From: Octopus sinensis
Taxonomy: Eukaryota
Assembly: GCF_006345805.1 (NCBI RefSeq)
Contig: NC_042997.1
Location: 135,160,001 to 135,224,000 of the forward strand
Length of the DNA: 64,000 nucleotides
Direction: 5' to 3'
In this document: piece after piece, positions 63,743 to 64,000 of the stretch
How the letters are laid out: every line of letters starts with the position of its first letter
Numbering within the stretch: the first letter of the stretch is position 1
Made by a program: the position numbers and the translations under genes
Notes under the pieces: generated by a model
Seen by the model: only the letters and a program-made list of their open reading frames with translations
Databases searched by the model: none
Told to the model about the DNA's origin: nothing

Positions 63743-64000
63743 GTATTTAAATGTATGCATGTATGTATATAGCATACTGTTCCGTGATGGTCGGATGAAC
63801 AAGACATGTATTTGCATACATATATATTCTGTATGTGTGTACGTATGTATATGTGTGTCTGTGTAAATATTGATAAATAGATACATAGACAAACAGACAG
63901 ATACATACATTCATACATACGTGCATACCTACATACATACATACATGCAACCTACATACTGACATACGCTCACAACGCGCAGTCACATTATATATTCCCA

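Overview
AT-rich, microsatellite-dense eukaryotic genomic DNA. The tRNA-derived SINE families, LINE types and (TA)n/(TG)n/(GATA)n density point to a coleoid cephalopod, probably Octopus; this is inference from pattern recognition, not a database hit. One host gene is supported: a plus-strand GPR158/GPR179-like (Smog/CG31760-like) class C GPCR. Six coding exons were joined by hand with canonical GT-AG sites and matching phases (40581-41262, 44155-44325, 52762-52915, 53541-53876, 55548-55616, 61475-61584). They encode the Cache domain, Cys-rich/EGF-like region and TM1-TM3; the start exon was not found and the 3' exons lie beyond the window. The rest is transposon-derived: a young 5'-truncated Penelope-like element (RT + GIY-YIG), a near full-length but disabled RTE/BovB-like LINE with a TSD, remnants of RTE, CR1, Tx1 and R4 LINEs, several mariners, Helitron-like elements, a foldback MITE, a probable solo LTR and many SINEs. 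The most unusual signal is a set of type I hammerhead-ribozyme motifs from three unrelated repeat families, each with a palindromic stem III. One family has a non-canonical core (CUGUYGA). One copy sits in sense orientation in a GPCR intron, where a perfect 74-bp inverted repeat would mask it. No CRISPR, rRNA or true tRNA genes were seen. Coordinates of degenerate repeats are approximate.
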